NCBI GenBank assembly: GCA_965214835.1
Contig: CBDCCK010000002.1
Location: forward strand, 2,272,001 to 2,336,000
Source: Nitrosopumilaceae archaeon
Lineage (GTDB): Archaea; Thermoproteota; Nitrososphaeria; Nitrososphaerales; Nitrosopumilaceae
Direction of reading: 5' to 3'
Length of the DNA stretch: 64,000 nucleotides
Position 1 is the first letter of the stretch. Each line of letters begins with the position of its first letter. The notes beneath the pieces were generated by a model, which saw nothing but the letters and a program-made list of their open reading frames with translations, had not been told where the DNA came from and made no database searches. Below are positions 29,163 to 39,178 of the stretch, piece after piece. A program made the position numbers and the translations under genes.

Positions 29163-30880
29163 AGACCTTATGCGTAAACGAAATTAGCGGCGATGCCCCC
29201 GGCGCACGGGCTACAAATGAGGCAAGTCAGGGCCGGCGCACGCGCGACTGTACCTTACAACGTTGAAAATATTTGATCAAAACCACAACTATTTTCAGAC
29301 GATTGATTTAGATCCGGGATCCATTCTCGCATAAGAGTAATGGCAAAGTCCGAGACCGAGCAGATACGACTGCTGAAGAAGAGAATCGAGCAGTACGAGA
29401 AGGAGAAGGTACAGGACAGGAAGGAGAAGGCGCGGGACAAAAAGAAGATCAAGAAGTATGAGAAGAGGATCAAGAGGCACGAGAAGAAGAGCAGGCAGGA
29501 CAGGAAGGAGAAGGCGCGGGACAGGACGGAGAGGATGCAGTACAGGAAGGAGATCAGAGAGTACGAGAAGAAGAGCAGGCAGGACGGCAGGAGGCAGGAG
29601 CGGGATCAGGAGAGGATAGGGCAGCTGGAACAGCAGCTGGACGCCGAGCGCCGGATGTGGCCCGCAACCTGGGATGACGACAGGCGCTCCGCGGACAACG
29701 CCGCCCTCATGCACAGGCTCGAGGTGCTCGATGACATAATCGGTGGCGGGTCCCTGCAGCCCACCACGTCGATGAACCTCCGCCAGTTTGACTACATATA
29801 TGACCGGTTTACGAAGCTTGCCAAAAAGCACACAGAAGGCCCCCTGTTCTCAGAAGACGAGGACAACTTGCCCGGAAACCGGTGCAAGCTGTCCTACCGC
29901 CACGCCCTGCTGATGTCGCTGATGCGCAAGTACGGAAACCCGACACAGGAGCAGCTTGCGGCGTTCTTCGGCATAGACCAGAGCACCGTATGCAGGTACC
30001 TCAGGTATTGCGACATGATATTTCTCAAGATACTGCCCACGCCGGACGCCGTATCGCGAAAGATACGAAACGCCCGCACGATCAAGGAAGTCAAGAAGAT
30101 CGTCCCGGATCTGACCGTGATTGTAGACGGCACGCACATCGACATACAGCGCCCCACAGACAAGGAGCCAAGAAAGGAGGCATACTCTGGCAAGAAGAAG
30201 AGCTTTACGCGCAACACCCAGGTGATTGCCGACAAGAAGGGACTGGCGATGTATGCAAGCAAGTCGGCGCCCGGAAGCACGCACGACCTCACCATGATAA
30301 AGAACAACCCACCGGATCTGGGAATCCTGACTGCCAGGATGCGCAGCAACAGAAAGCACCCCGAGGACGAGAAGGTAAAGATGTTCTCTGATCTGGGATA
30401 CATGGGAATCGAGGAGGTGTATCCCGGGGCCACATCCGTGCAGCCCGACAAGAAGCCAAGGAAAGGCAAGCTTACAAAGAAACAGAAAGCGCAGAACAGG
30501 AGGATAAGCAGCAAGAGGGTGACAGTAGAGCACGCCATAGGACGGATAAAGCAGTACAAGCGGATGCGTGATCCGTACGACGGGACCGCCGAGGAGTTCG
30601 ACAGGGAGTTCCAGGTGACGGCCGGGCTTGCCAACTTTAGGCTGCTGTGGGACAAGCGGAACAAGAAGCTCATGCATGGGTTCTGATACCACGATACGGA
30701 GCGCATTGCGGCGCCACACGATGCCGCACTATACTGTAGTTTTTACCAGCTGTAATGGCTCGTAGCTGCACTATATACGGACTCTGCCGCCCTCATACAC
30801 GTCATGTGATGCCGTCAGCCTTGCATGTATGGCCGGCCACCGTCGGAATATTTCGATCCGGTCGATTACGCATAAGGTCT
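29163..30880 (+). mobile_element. IS5-family (ISL2/DDE_Tnp_4-like) element (1718 bp)
   Basis: Perfect 15-bp TIRs AGACCTTATGCGTAA and TTACGCATAAGGTCT, with a 3-bp TSD (ATG). Confidence 0.9.
29340..30686 (+). CDS. DDE_Tnp_4-like transposase with a charged N-terminal extension
   Basis: Motifs LAAFFGIDQSTVCR, IVDGT, YSGKKK, DLGY and RVTVEHAIGRIK. Confidence 0.92.
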   Translation: MAKSETEQIRLLKKRIEQYEKEKVQDRKEKARDKKKIKKYEKRIKRHEKKSRQDRKEKARDRTERMQYRKEIREYEKKSRQDGRRQERDQERIGQLEQQLDAERRMWPATWDDDRRSADNAALMHRLEVLDDIIGGGSLQPTTSMNLRQFDYIYDRFTKLAKKHTEGPLFSEDEDNLPGNRCKLSYRHALLMSLMRKYGNPTQEQLAAFFGIDQSTVCRYLRYCDMIFLKILPTPDAVSRKIRNARTIKEVKKIVPDLTVIVDGTHIDIQRPTDKEPRKEAYSGKKKSFTRNTQVIADKKGLAMYASKSAPGSTHDLTMIKNNPPDLGILTARMRSNRKHPEDEKVKMFSDLGYMGIEEVYPGATSVQPDKKPRKGKLTKKQKAQNRRISSKRVTVEHAIGRIKQYKRMRDPYDGTAEEFDREFQVTAGLANFRLLWDKRNKKLMHGF

Positions 30881-31668
30881 ATGGTACTGAGATAATATCT
30901 CAGAGCATGGTTGAACTTCAGGAGTTGACAAAATGGCAAAAAGTACATCAGGGGGAATGGACTACTGTCATAGGCGGATGGGCAGTTTGGGCCTATTATC
31001 AAGAAAGTTTTGGTTCAAGAGACATTGACATAGTACTTCCCGAGGATGCTGTAAAACGGGTTGAGATAACTGATACTTATTTTCCAGCACATAAAATAGA
31101 GAAAAAATTCGAAGATCCCTTTCAAACAAAGTATCACTATGGAAAATACATCACTACTCCGACAGGAAATGATGAAATTATTTTTGATTTGTTTTATCCG
31201 GAAAATCCACGGCCAGATCCCGATGGATTGGGGGTCACAGTCGATTGGAAATGGATGTCTGAATTTTCAAAAGAACAGCCAATTGAAAATGATGTCTTTA
31301 TTCAGGTGCCAGATCCAGAATTGCTTTTACCCGTTAAAATGGTGGCAGCGTTATCAAGAATTGAAGAGTTGCAAAGAACGGATAATCGAGAAAGAAAACA
31401 ATCAAAAATTTGGAAGGACTATTACGATGTAGCAATTTTGGTAAAACATGTGGATTTCAACCAAGAACATCTGTTGGGGCATATGAATCGGATCGGCTTT
31501 ACACGAGATTTGGTCACTCGATTCTTGGATGGTTACGTGCCTAGGCCTGATACTTTGGAGCAGGCAGAAACCACGCTCATGGACGTAACTGACAAGATTC
31601 CCTCGTTGGAATAGTCGTTTTGACCAAACTCCAGATTTTAATTGAATCTGGATTAAAAATCAAATTTT

Positions 31669-31908
31669 ATGATGAAAAATATGATCAAATTCCAGCAAAG
31701 CCCTGCTGAAAAAACTGACTACCTTGTAGGCGGTACGTGGTCTTCGCTAACAAAAACCTGGAAGAAATATGATCAAGCAAAAAAAGACATGAACGTCATG
31801 TTGATGAAGCAATATTCTAAAAAAATAAAAAATTCACAGAAAAAACTAGGCTTGGAGGAATCAAATTTTGACGAACTTTCTGAATATCCTGATTCGGAAT
31901 TCGCATGA
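31669..31908 (+). CDS. Small Lys-rich hypothetical protein
   Basis: 79-aa ORF downstream of a TTTTAA element. Confidence 0.6.
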   Translation: MMKNMIKFQQSPAEKTDYLVGGTWSSLTKTWKKYDQAKKDMNVMLMKQYSKKIKNSQKKLGLEESNFDELSEYPDSEFA

Positions 31909-31961
31909 GATGTTATACCAAATCTTATCCGTAGCGGATGCCATGTATTTCATGTTGGATC

Positions 31962-32080
31962 CAGTCTTCCCGGAAGTAACCAACCCGTGGAGGTGCAGAT
32001 GACTGTGCCGATCTGCAGGCAGCTTTGCTTGAACCGTTTCGAGTTTGGAGCCGTCTTATGGGGAACTTCTGGGAAGACTG
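31962..32080. mobile_element. MITE family 2 (about 120 bp, ISH3-like ends)
   Basis: CAGTCTTCCCGGAAGT and ACTTCTGGGAAGACTG ends. An inverted homologue lies at 33771-33891. Confidence 0.82.
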
Positions 32081-32331
32081 GCCCAAGAGCCGAAGTAACC
32101 TTGCCACGTATGAGGGCGTGTATGAGACTGGCTCAGAGTAGGCGGACAACAAAATGCCACATCAAGGGCGAATGGGAGTTTTCCGTTCAGTTGGGCACAC
32201 ACACTTTGATCAACAAGGAGGTGATGTAATGATCAACATCGGAATAGACGTTCATAAAAAGTCGTGCGTAGTAACCGTCAAGGACGATACTGCAAGGATC
32301 CTGGAACAGACGGAGTTTTCCAACACGGCCG
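32081..32331 (+). mobile_element. IS110-family left remnant: non-coding region plus recombinase N-terminus (ATG at 32229)
   Basis: AGGAGGTGA ribosome-binding site, then MINIGIDVHKKSCVVTVKD (GIDVHK, start of the DEDD domain). Truncated by MITE family 4. Confidence 0.8.
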
Positions 32332-32442
32332 GTAACAACTCGCATTCTGGAAGCCGTTCCAGACTTTAGGCACGAATGTGCTCGATCGGGGTTTTCGGGG
32401 CGACAAAATCCACGCCTGAACTTTCAGAGCCCTAGCTGTTAC
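32332..32442. mobile_element. MITE family 4 copy
   Basis: GTAACAACTC...TAGCTGTTAC. Reverse complement aligns with 4868-4976. Confidence 0.8.
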
Positions 32443-32467
32443 CCGGTGTGGCTATGCGGGATGCAGT

Positions 32468-33699
32468 CTATGGTGGCTTTGTCCCAGCTGCCATGCCGCG
32501 GTTCACTACGAGATCCTTGATGTCCCAGATAATCAGCTGGAATACTGCGGGCGGCAGATGCGGATCCTCAGCATGGGCGTCGTAACCGAAGTCGGCTAGG
32601 GCCGCCTCCAGTATTTCGCGGTTTTTTGCGATTACAAAGTCCTCGCGTCTTAGCCGTGAGATCCCCTCCACCCAATTTTTTCCAGTCCGATCCGGATCTC
32701 GTCTGCCAGGGCAAGAATCCGGCGGCGGATTGGGTCAAGGTGTGCATGAGGGTTGATTTTGAAGGCAATGCTGGTGCCACTGATCACGATCCACATGTTT
32801 TCTGGCTGCATCACATACGGGGGTTGGATCTTTGCCTGTCAACCTCCATTTCCACTTGCAGATGTTTGGGCTCGGTTTAGCAAATCAGATCTTATCGTGC
32901 CCACCTCCTTTTCAATTTCCCCGAATTTGGATCGTATTTTGTATGCGTATCCTTCCATTTCCATCAAGCCAGATCTTATGGCGCCTGCGCTCTTTTCTAA
33001 CTCCCTGAGCTTGGGTATTGCCAGATCAACCCACTTTTCCATTTCCACCTGGTCAGATCTTGCTGTGCCTAAAGGGGACGGTTTTTTGGTGATTTTATGA
33101 GACATCTCTCTCATCCTCTTGCACGCAGCACTTGCCATCTCGACCTCCCTTTCAATTTCATTATAATTGGACCTTCCCATCTTGATCGCCGCATTTATTT
33201 CCCTGAACCCGCTCCAAATTTTATTATAGTCAACTCTTAGTTTGTCTGCGATCTGTTCTACCACCGCGAAGACATCTTCCCTCATGCCTACATCCTCTCC
33301 CTTCTCAACGTCAGATCTTACCGAGTCTGAAAACTTTGCAAATTCCATTAATCTGTTCACTTCCATGTCTGTCATCTCTTTTATCTCATGTAGGTTGGCC
33401 CTTACTATTCCTGCATTCTTCTCTGCACTCTTAAAGTCAAATCTTGCCATGCCGGTATGTGATATTATTTCCTTAAAGTCAAGTCCTGCCCTGCCGGCAT
33501 CCCTTCTCATTTCCTTGATCCTTGATCTTATAACCTCGTTCTCTCCCCTCATCTCCTCAAACCCACTTCCAATTTTCTCAAAGTCAGATCCTGCCTTGCT
33601 GATCCCTTTTCCTATTTCCTCAAAGGCAGACTTTATTCTGCAAGATTTCTTCTCTATCTCCTTTATGGACTCGAGGTCTGATTTCTTGTTTTTTGGCAT
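32468..33699 (-). pseudogene. Frameshifted paralogue of the coiled-coil protein at 42118-43410
   Basis: MPKNKKSDLESIKEIEKK start, TGA at 32839 and indels. Downstream frames give HLDPIRRRILALADEIR and EDFVIAKNREILEAAL, identical to the paralogue. Confidence 0.85.
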
Positions 33700-33750
33700 A
33701 TGAAACCAGTTAAACACATTCAAATTAAAAACTATTTGGGGGTGTGGTTG

Positions 33751-33966
33751 GTAAGAGTTTACCTCCCCCTCAGTCTTCCCAGAAGTAACCCAGAAAACGG
33801 CCCCGGATTTGAAACAAATCAAATTATGATGCCTGCAGATTCGCCTGCCGTCGTCTGTACAGTCATGAATCACGTACTTCTGGGAAGACTGCCCCTGAGA
33901 TATAGCATGGTATGCGTGATCATGAAGGCTCCGGCCCGCAGTATCGCCCAGGGGGTAAGCTCTTAC
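33751..33966. mobile_element. MITE family 1 element carrying a nested MITE family 2 element (33771-33891)
   Basis: Outer ends GTAAGAGTTTACC and GGGGTAAGCTCTTAC, flanks TGTGGTTG/TGTGATCG. The inner element has a 5-bp TSD (CCCCT). Confidence 0.85.
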
Positions 33967-34023
33967 TGTGATCGGGCAAGAGTTTGCCACTTGGCAACGC
34001 TGTCAATCAGGGCCTTTATGATG

Positions 34024-34095
34024 TGTGAGGCCACGTCCACTTGCTGGCTCGGCATGAAAATCACAGCAACGCACAAGCTTGTGCCCGGTTGCTTG
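34024..34095 (+). repeat. Dispersed repeat, also at 40578-40650
   Basis: Both copies share TGTGAGGCCACG...GGCT(C/A)GGCATGAAAA(T/C)CAC(A/G)GC. Confidence 0.6.
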
Positions 34096-34319
34096 GGGAA
34101 GGTGACCTAGTGCCAGCAGGCTAACTTGAGATAATAATGCAAGAAGCCTACTGCAGTACGTCCACTAAACAATGGATGATAATACTGCCACACCGTGCCT
34201 ATTTTGACACAAGAATATTCGGTTTTTATCTATGCGTACTATGGAAGGCGAGTCATAATATCCACTACACGATCACATTGTACCGATTACGCAAAGCCTA
34301 CTGGTTGTTCAAGGGAGTG

Positions 34320-34805
34320 TTATTTTGCCGAGTCTGGAATGGAGATGTCCACGTAAAAGTCGGCATTTCTGTCCTGCTCCAGGGCGTTTTTGACGTTAAG
34401 AACTGTGGTAATTGAGACGTTTTTGTAGATCTCAAACCCGTCCATGGCCTCTACTACCTCCGCCGGTTTCCATGGAACCAGCATGTTCTGGATCTTGGCC
34501 CTGATCCTGTCCTCGTTGGGGTTCAGCTTGTGGGCAAACTTGTTCCTGATCTCGTTCATTATTCTTGCATTATAGTACAGCACGTCTGAGAGAAACCCCG
34601 TCCCGTGCAGCACCCTCAGCTTCAGGTCCGTCGAAAAGTAGGGCACGTCTAGGAGGTGAACCTGCCTTGGAAAGTACCTCTCGATTGCCAGATCCAAAAA
34701 GTGCTCCAAGTACAGGTGGGCCCTGATGAACAGGGTGACCTTCTTTTCGGCAGTCAGAACCTCCTTGATTATCTCGTCTGTAAGATCCTGCATGTCCTCA
34801 CTCAT
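34320..34805 (-). CDS. MtlR-like/HEPN-like protein coupled to trpA
   Basis: RAHLYLEHFL, KLRVL and an IRNKFAH (R-x4-H) motif. ATGA overlap with the trpA stop. Confidence 0.75.
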   Translation of the reverse strand: MSEDMQDLTDEIIKEVLTAEKKVTLFIRAHLYLEHFLDLAIERYFPRQVHLLDVPYFSTDLKLRVLHGTGFLSDVLYYNARIMNEIRNKFAHKLNPNEDRIRAKIQNMLVPWKPAEVVEAMDGFEIYKNVSITTVLNVKNALEQDRNADFYVDISIPDSAK

Positions 34806-35602
34806 CGCTTGGTCTCCTCTTTCAGGGCTTTTGTAAATGCAGCAACCTTTGACTCGATTTTTGCCTGCGGTGTCCTCTCAATCAACTTCAAAAACGCGCT
34901 TCCCACAATCACCGCATCGGCTCCAGCCGAGACATACCTCCTGACATCCTGCGGCGTCGCGACCCCGAATCCAACCCCTACCGGAATCCTGCCGCCCGTG
35001 GCCCTCTTGACGTCCCTGATTGCCCTGATCGTATATCTTTTCACCCCCGTCCTGAGGCCCGTCGTCCCGTATACTGCCACAAGGTACAAAAACCCCGATG
35101 ACGCCCCCGCGATCCTTTGAATTCTTGCCCTGTCTGTGTTTGGGGATACCAGGAAGATCGTGTCTGCCCGGTTCCCTGCGGCCTCTAGGTATTCTGCTGC
35201 CTCCTCTACCGGCATGTCTGGCAGGACAAACCCGTCAATTCCGGCCCTTGTTGCCTCCCTGATGAACCTCGAGTATCCCCTGCGGTACAAGATGTTGGTG
35301 TACGTCATCATGACCAGCGGAATGTCCGTCTGCCCCCTCACCCTTCTTACAAGCTCGAGGAACCTCTCCATCCCTGTACCGCCCTCCAGTGATGCAATGC
35401 CTGCGTTTTGAATCACCGGGCCGTCTGCCAGCGGGTCTGAGAACGGAAAGCCCAGCTCTATGATGTCTGCACCACCCCTGATGAGGCCGTTTATGGCCAA
35501 AACCGTGGCCCTTTGGCTGGGGTGGCCTGCCATGATGTATGAGATCAGCGCACACTCGTTGCGGGCAGACAGCTCCCCAAACTTGCTGCTAATTCTTGAC
35601 AT
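34802..35602 (-). CDS. trpA: Tryptophan synthase alpha chain
   Basis: Motifs [18 protein letters not shown] and VGFGV. Confidence 0.97.
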   Translation of the reverse strand: MSRISSKFGELSARNECALISYIMAGHPSQRATVLAINGLIRGGADIIELGFPFSDPLADGPVIQNAGIASLEGGTGMERFLELVRRVRGQTDIPLVMMTYTNILYRRGYSRFIREATRAGIDGFVLPDMPVEEAAEYLEAAGNRADTIFLVSPNTDRARIQRIAGASSGFLYLVAVYGTTGLRTGVKRYTIRAIRDVKRATGGRIPVGVGFGVATPQDVRRYVSAGADAVIVGSAFLKLIERTPQAKIESKVAAFTKALKEETKR

Positions 35603-36779
35603 TTTTGCCTAGGTACTCCTGTACAACCTCCACATCCTTGTCTCCCCTTCCCGACAGCGTGACTATTACCGATTCGGACTTTTTCCCCTTCCTGGCCACC
35701 TTGATTGCCTCTGCAATCGCATGCGATGACTCTAGGGCCGGTATGATTCCCTCCGTCTGCGCCAGCCTCAAAAACGCGCCTACGACCTCCCTGTCGGTGG
35801 CACTGCGGTATCTGACCCGGCCGGCGTCCTTGAGGTAGGCGTGCTCGGGCCCGACCCCCGGATAGTCGAGGCCTGCTGAAATGCTGTGCGTCTCCTTTAT
35901 CTGCCCCTCCTTGTTCTGCAGCAGGTACGTCATCATCCCGTGCAGGACTCCCATGCTTCCCGCAGACAGTGTGGCCGAGTGGTGCCCGCTTTTCAGTCCC
36001 CGGCCTGCGGCCTCCACACCTATGATCTGGGCATCCGTGTCTGCAAGCGGGTAAAACGTGCCGATTGCATTAGAGCCTCCACCCACGCATGCAATTACCG
36101 TGTCGGGGGTTCTTCCGGATGCGGCCTTTATCTGCGACTTTATCTCCCTCCCTATAATGCTTTGAAAGTCCCTGACCATCACCGGGTACGGGTGCGGGCC
36201 TACTGCGGAGCCCAGCATATAGTATGTTGATTTGACGTTTGTAATCCAGTCCCTTATTGCCTCATTGATTGCGTCCTTTAGGGTCTGGGAGCCTGACTTT
36301 ACCGGATGAACCCTTGATCCCAGCAGGTTCATTCTAAAGACGTTGAGCTTTTGCCGCATGGTGTCCCTGTAGCCCATGTATACCTCGGCCCTCGTGCCAA
36401 GTGCCGCACATGCCATTGCGGCAGCCACCCCGTGCTGCCCCGCACCCGTCTCTGCAATGATGCGCTTTTTCCCCATCCTCCTGGCAAGCAGCGCCTGGCC
36501 CAGGGTGTTGTTGATCTTGTGCGCACCCCCGTGGAGCAGGTCCTCCCTTTTGAGGTAGATCCTGGCCCCGCCTAGCTGCTCTGAGAGGTTTTTTGCATAG
36601 TACAGCGGCGTGGGCCGTCCTGCGTATTCTCGCAGGTAATAGTCTAGCTCCCGCCTGAACCCCTCGTCGCCTTTGATCCTCAGATAGCTCTCCTCCAGCT
36701 CCTCGATTGCCGGGACCAGAGTTTCTGGAATGTACCTTCCCCCAAACTCACCGAACTTTCCGTTTTTAGGATATCTCAA
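35589..36779 (-). CDS. trpB: Tryptophan synthase beta chain
   Basis: Motifs [20 protein letters not shown] and [11 protein letters not shown]. Confidence 0.98.
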   Translation of the reverse strand: MRYPKNGKFGEFGGRYIPETLVPAIEELEESYLRIKGDEGFRRELDYYLREYAGRPTPLYYAKNLSEQLGGARIYLKREDLLHGGAHKINNTLGQALLARRMGKKRIIAETGAGQHGVAAAMACAALGTRAEVYMGYRDTMRQKLNVFRMNLLGSRVHPVKSGSQTLKDAINEAIRDWITNVKSTYYMLGSAVGPHPYPVMVRDFQSIIGREIKSQIKAASGRTPDTVIACVGGGSNAIGTFYPLADTDAQIIGVEAAGRGLKSGHHSATLSAGSMGVLHGMMTYLLQNKEGQIKETHSISAGLDYPGVGPEHAYLKDAGRVRYRSATDREVVGAFLRLAQTEGIIPALESSHAIAEAIKVARKGKKSESVIVTLSGRGDKDVEVVQEYLGKNVKN

Positions 36780-37552
36780 TACGCATTCACCAGCCTTTTC
36801 ACGAATTCTTCGATATTATCGCTTTTCATTATGCTTGAGCCTGCCAGGAACGCATCGGCACCGCATCCTTTGAGGTACCGGATGTCCTCAGGAGTCCTGA
36901 TTCCACTCTCCGATAAAACAGGCCTGGTTTTGCCAAACCCCGAAAGGACTCGCTCCGTAGTCCTTAGATCTACCTCTAGCGTGTCAAGATCCCTGTTGTT
37001 TATCCCGATCAGGTCTGCCTCGGTTTTTAGCGCATTTTCCAGTTCTGACCTTGTGTGAACCTCAAGTAAGACCCCCAGCCCCCTCTTGTGCACATAGCCT
37101 ACAAACTCGTCAACCTCACTGAGATGGCCCCTGTCAAACAGTGACTGTATCAGCAGGATATAGTCTGCCCCGATTTTTTGCCCCGCATCAATCTGGGCCC
37201 TGTCTATGACGATGTCCTTCATCAGCAGCGGGACGTCGACTGCATCTCTGGCCCTCAGAAAGTATTGCGGCGAGCCGTTGAACAGGTGTGGTTGCGTGAG
37301 GACAGACAGCGCCTTGGCGCCCCCCCTGACCATCTGGTTTGCAATGCTTGCCGGATCTGATGCCGTACGAATCTTGCCAAGCGAGGGGGATGAGAATTTT
37401 ACCTCCGCTATCAGCGTGGCGTGCGGGTTTGTACTGATTGAATGCAGCAGATCGTGGCCGGATCCCTCCCTGTTTGCGTCAACCTCATAGGTGCCGTCGT
37501 CTATGGCTGCCTGCGAGTTGTTTACCAGCCTTTTTAGTACGTCTCTAGCCAT
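36776..37552 (-). CDS. trpC: Indole-3-glycerol phosphate synthase
   Basis: Motifs [22 protein letters not shown] and SESGI. Confidence 0.96.
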   Translation of the reverse strand: MARDVLKRLVNNSQAAIDDGTYEVDANREGSGHDLLHSISTNPHATLIAEVKFSSPSLGKIRTASDPASIANQMVRGGAKALSVLTQPHLFNGSPQYFLRARDAVDVPLLMKDIVIDRAQIDAGQKIGADYILLIQSLFDRGHLSEVDEFVGYVHKRGLGVLLEVHTRSELENALKTEADLIGINNRDLDTLEVDLRTTERVLSGFGKTRPVLSESGIRTPEDIRYLKGCGADAFLAGSSIMKSDNIEEFVKRLVNAY

Positions 37553-38591
37553 CTGTCATCTCCCTCAGTCTTGCAACATCCCCCGTGTCCTGCACAAATC
37601 CCTCCAGGGTTTTGAATGCTTTGCCGTCCCTGATGGCAGACAGCGCAGTCTCTACTGCCTCCTCAAAGCTGTCTGCAATGCCTGCGACAATCAGCCCCCC
37701 CGCCGCATTGAGCGCAGTCGTCTCGATCATTGCCCGGTTTGCCGTGTTGTCTAGTACCCCCACAAAGGACTCTACGGCCTGCTGCCCCGTCTCAATCCGG
37801 ATGTCACTCAGGGACGATCTGTGCAGCCCAACGGCCTCTGGATCAACCGTACTTGTCGTCACCTTGCCGTTTCTTAGCACCGCAACCCGGTTAACGGCGC
37901 TAGTTGAGAACTCGTCCATTCCGTCATCTGATCTGACTGTCATGACGCTTTGTGCCCCCCTCTGCCTTAGTAGCAGGGGCAGCCTTTCTAGAAGGTCTGT
38001 GGAGGATACCCCGACCAGCTGGTTTTTTACCCGTGCAGGATTAGACAGCGGGCCCAGCAGGTTAAACGCCGTTCTTCTGCCCAGCTGCCTTCTTGCCGAG
38101 AATACGTGTCTCATTGCCGGGTGGAATTTTTGCGCAAACATAAAGCATATCCCGTGTCTGTCCAGGATGTCTGCGATTTGCGACGGCTCCTGACTCAGAT
38201 CATATCCAAAGTACTCAAAAATGTCCGCACTGCCTGAGACGCCGGAGCTGGAGCGATTCCCGTGCTTTGCAACGGTTCCTCCTGCGGCGGCGACTACGAA
38301 CGAGGCCGTTGTGGATACATTAAACGTCTGAAGCATGTCCCCACCTGTACCGCACATGTCAATCGGCGTATCATGCGTCCTGGGCCTGACCTCTAGTGAG
38401 AACTCCTGCATCTTATCGAGCATTCCCAGCAATTCCTCATCTGTCTCCCCCTTTGCAGTCAGCGCGCCTAGAAAATCGATGTTTTCCCGCTCTGACGTAT
38501 TTCCAGACAGCATCTCTTCCATGGCCGAGCTTGTCTGCTCGCGGGTCAGATCGGCCCCCCTCTGAAGCCTTAAAGCCAGCTCTGCAATCAC
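37545..38591 (-). CDS. trpD: Anthranilate phosphoribosyltransferase
   Basis: Motifs DMCGTGGD, FNVST, KHGNRS and FNLLGPL. Confidence 0.97.
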   Translation of the reverse strand: MIAELALRLQRGADLTREQTSSAMEEMLSGNTSERENIDFLGALTAKGETDEELLGMLDKMQEFSLEVRPRTHDTPIDMCGTGGDMLQTFNVSTTASFVVAAAGGTVAKHGNRSSSGVSGSADIFEYFGYDLSQEPSQIADILDRHGICFMFAQKFHPAMRHVFSARRQLGRRTAFNLLGPLSNPARVKNQLVGVSSTDLLERLPLLLRQRGAQSVMTVRSDDGMDEFSTSAVNRVAVLRNGKVTTSTVDPEAVGLHRSSLSDIRIETGQQAVESFVGVLDNTANRAMIETTALNAAGGLIVAGIADSFEEAVETALSAIRDGKAFKTLEGFVQDTGDVARLREMTDG

Positions 38592-39178
38592 TGCCTTCTC
38601 ACCTGCTCAATAAAGTTCGAGAGGATCCTCTTTCCGTCCTGGGTCATTATTGACTCTGGGTGAAACTGAACCCCCTCGATCAGGTACTTTTTGTGCCGGA
38701 TGGCCATTATCTCCCCGTCATCTGACGCCGTTGCGGTGACCTCCAGGGCGTCTGGAACCACCGTTTTGTCACCTACTAGGGAGTGATACCTGGTGGCTCT
38801 GAATGGGTTCCTCACCCCACGGAATAGTCTGCCGTCCTTGTGCTCTACGGGACTGGTCTTTCCGTGCCTTACGCATCCTGCATTTGTCACCCTGCCACCG
38901 AACGCGTGAATGATGCCCTGGTGCCCCAGGCATACTCCTAGTACCGGCTTTGAGGGCCCAATCTCCCTTATCACGTCGCTGCAGACGCCAAAGTACTTTT
39001 TGTCTTCGGGGGTTCCCGGACCCGGGGAGATGATTATCGCATCGTAATTTCTGGCCCTGATGTCCCCCAATGTGACTTTGTCGTTCCTGATTACGTCGCT
39101 TTTTACTCCCAGCTCCCCCAGATACTGCGCTATGTTGTATACGAATGAATCATAGTTGTCAATGATCAGGAACCTCAT
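38588..39178 (-). CDS. trpG: Anthranilate synthase component II
   Basis: Motifs IDNYDSF, SPGPG, GVCLGHQ and QFHPES. Confidence 0.96.
   Translation of the reverse strand: MRFLIIDNYDSFVYNIAQYLGELGVKSDVIRNDKVTLGDIRARNYDAIIISPGPGTPEDKKYFGVCSDVIREIGPSKPVLGVCLGHQGIIHAFGGRVTNAGCVRHGKTSPVEHKDGRLFRGVRNPFRATRYHSLVGDKTVVPDALEVTATASDDGEIMAIRHKKYLIEGVQFHPESIMTQDGKRILSNFIEQVRRQ

Larger units (their letters stand above)
29138..31614 (+). pseudogene. Nucleotidyltransferase (AbiEii-like toxin candidate) interrupted after codon 8 by an IS5-type element
   Basis: Removing 29163-30880 plus one ATG gives MGLTSDDYGTEIISQSMVELQE... in frame. NTase motifs VIGGWAV...SRDIDI and KDYYDV. Confidence 0.82.

Noticed and set aside
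30829-30880. Annotated start of ORF 30829-31614
   Set aside because: It lies inside the IS right end. The original start is at 29138.
33700-33990. N-terminal 97 aa of ORF 32839-33990
   Set aside because: It reads through nested MITEs and the promoter. The paralogue supports a start at 33699.
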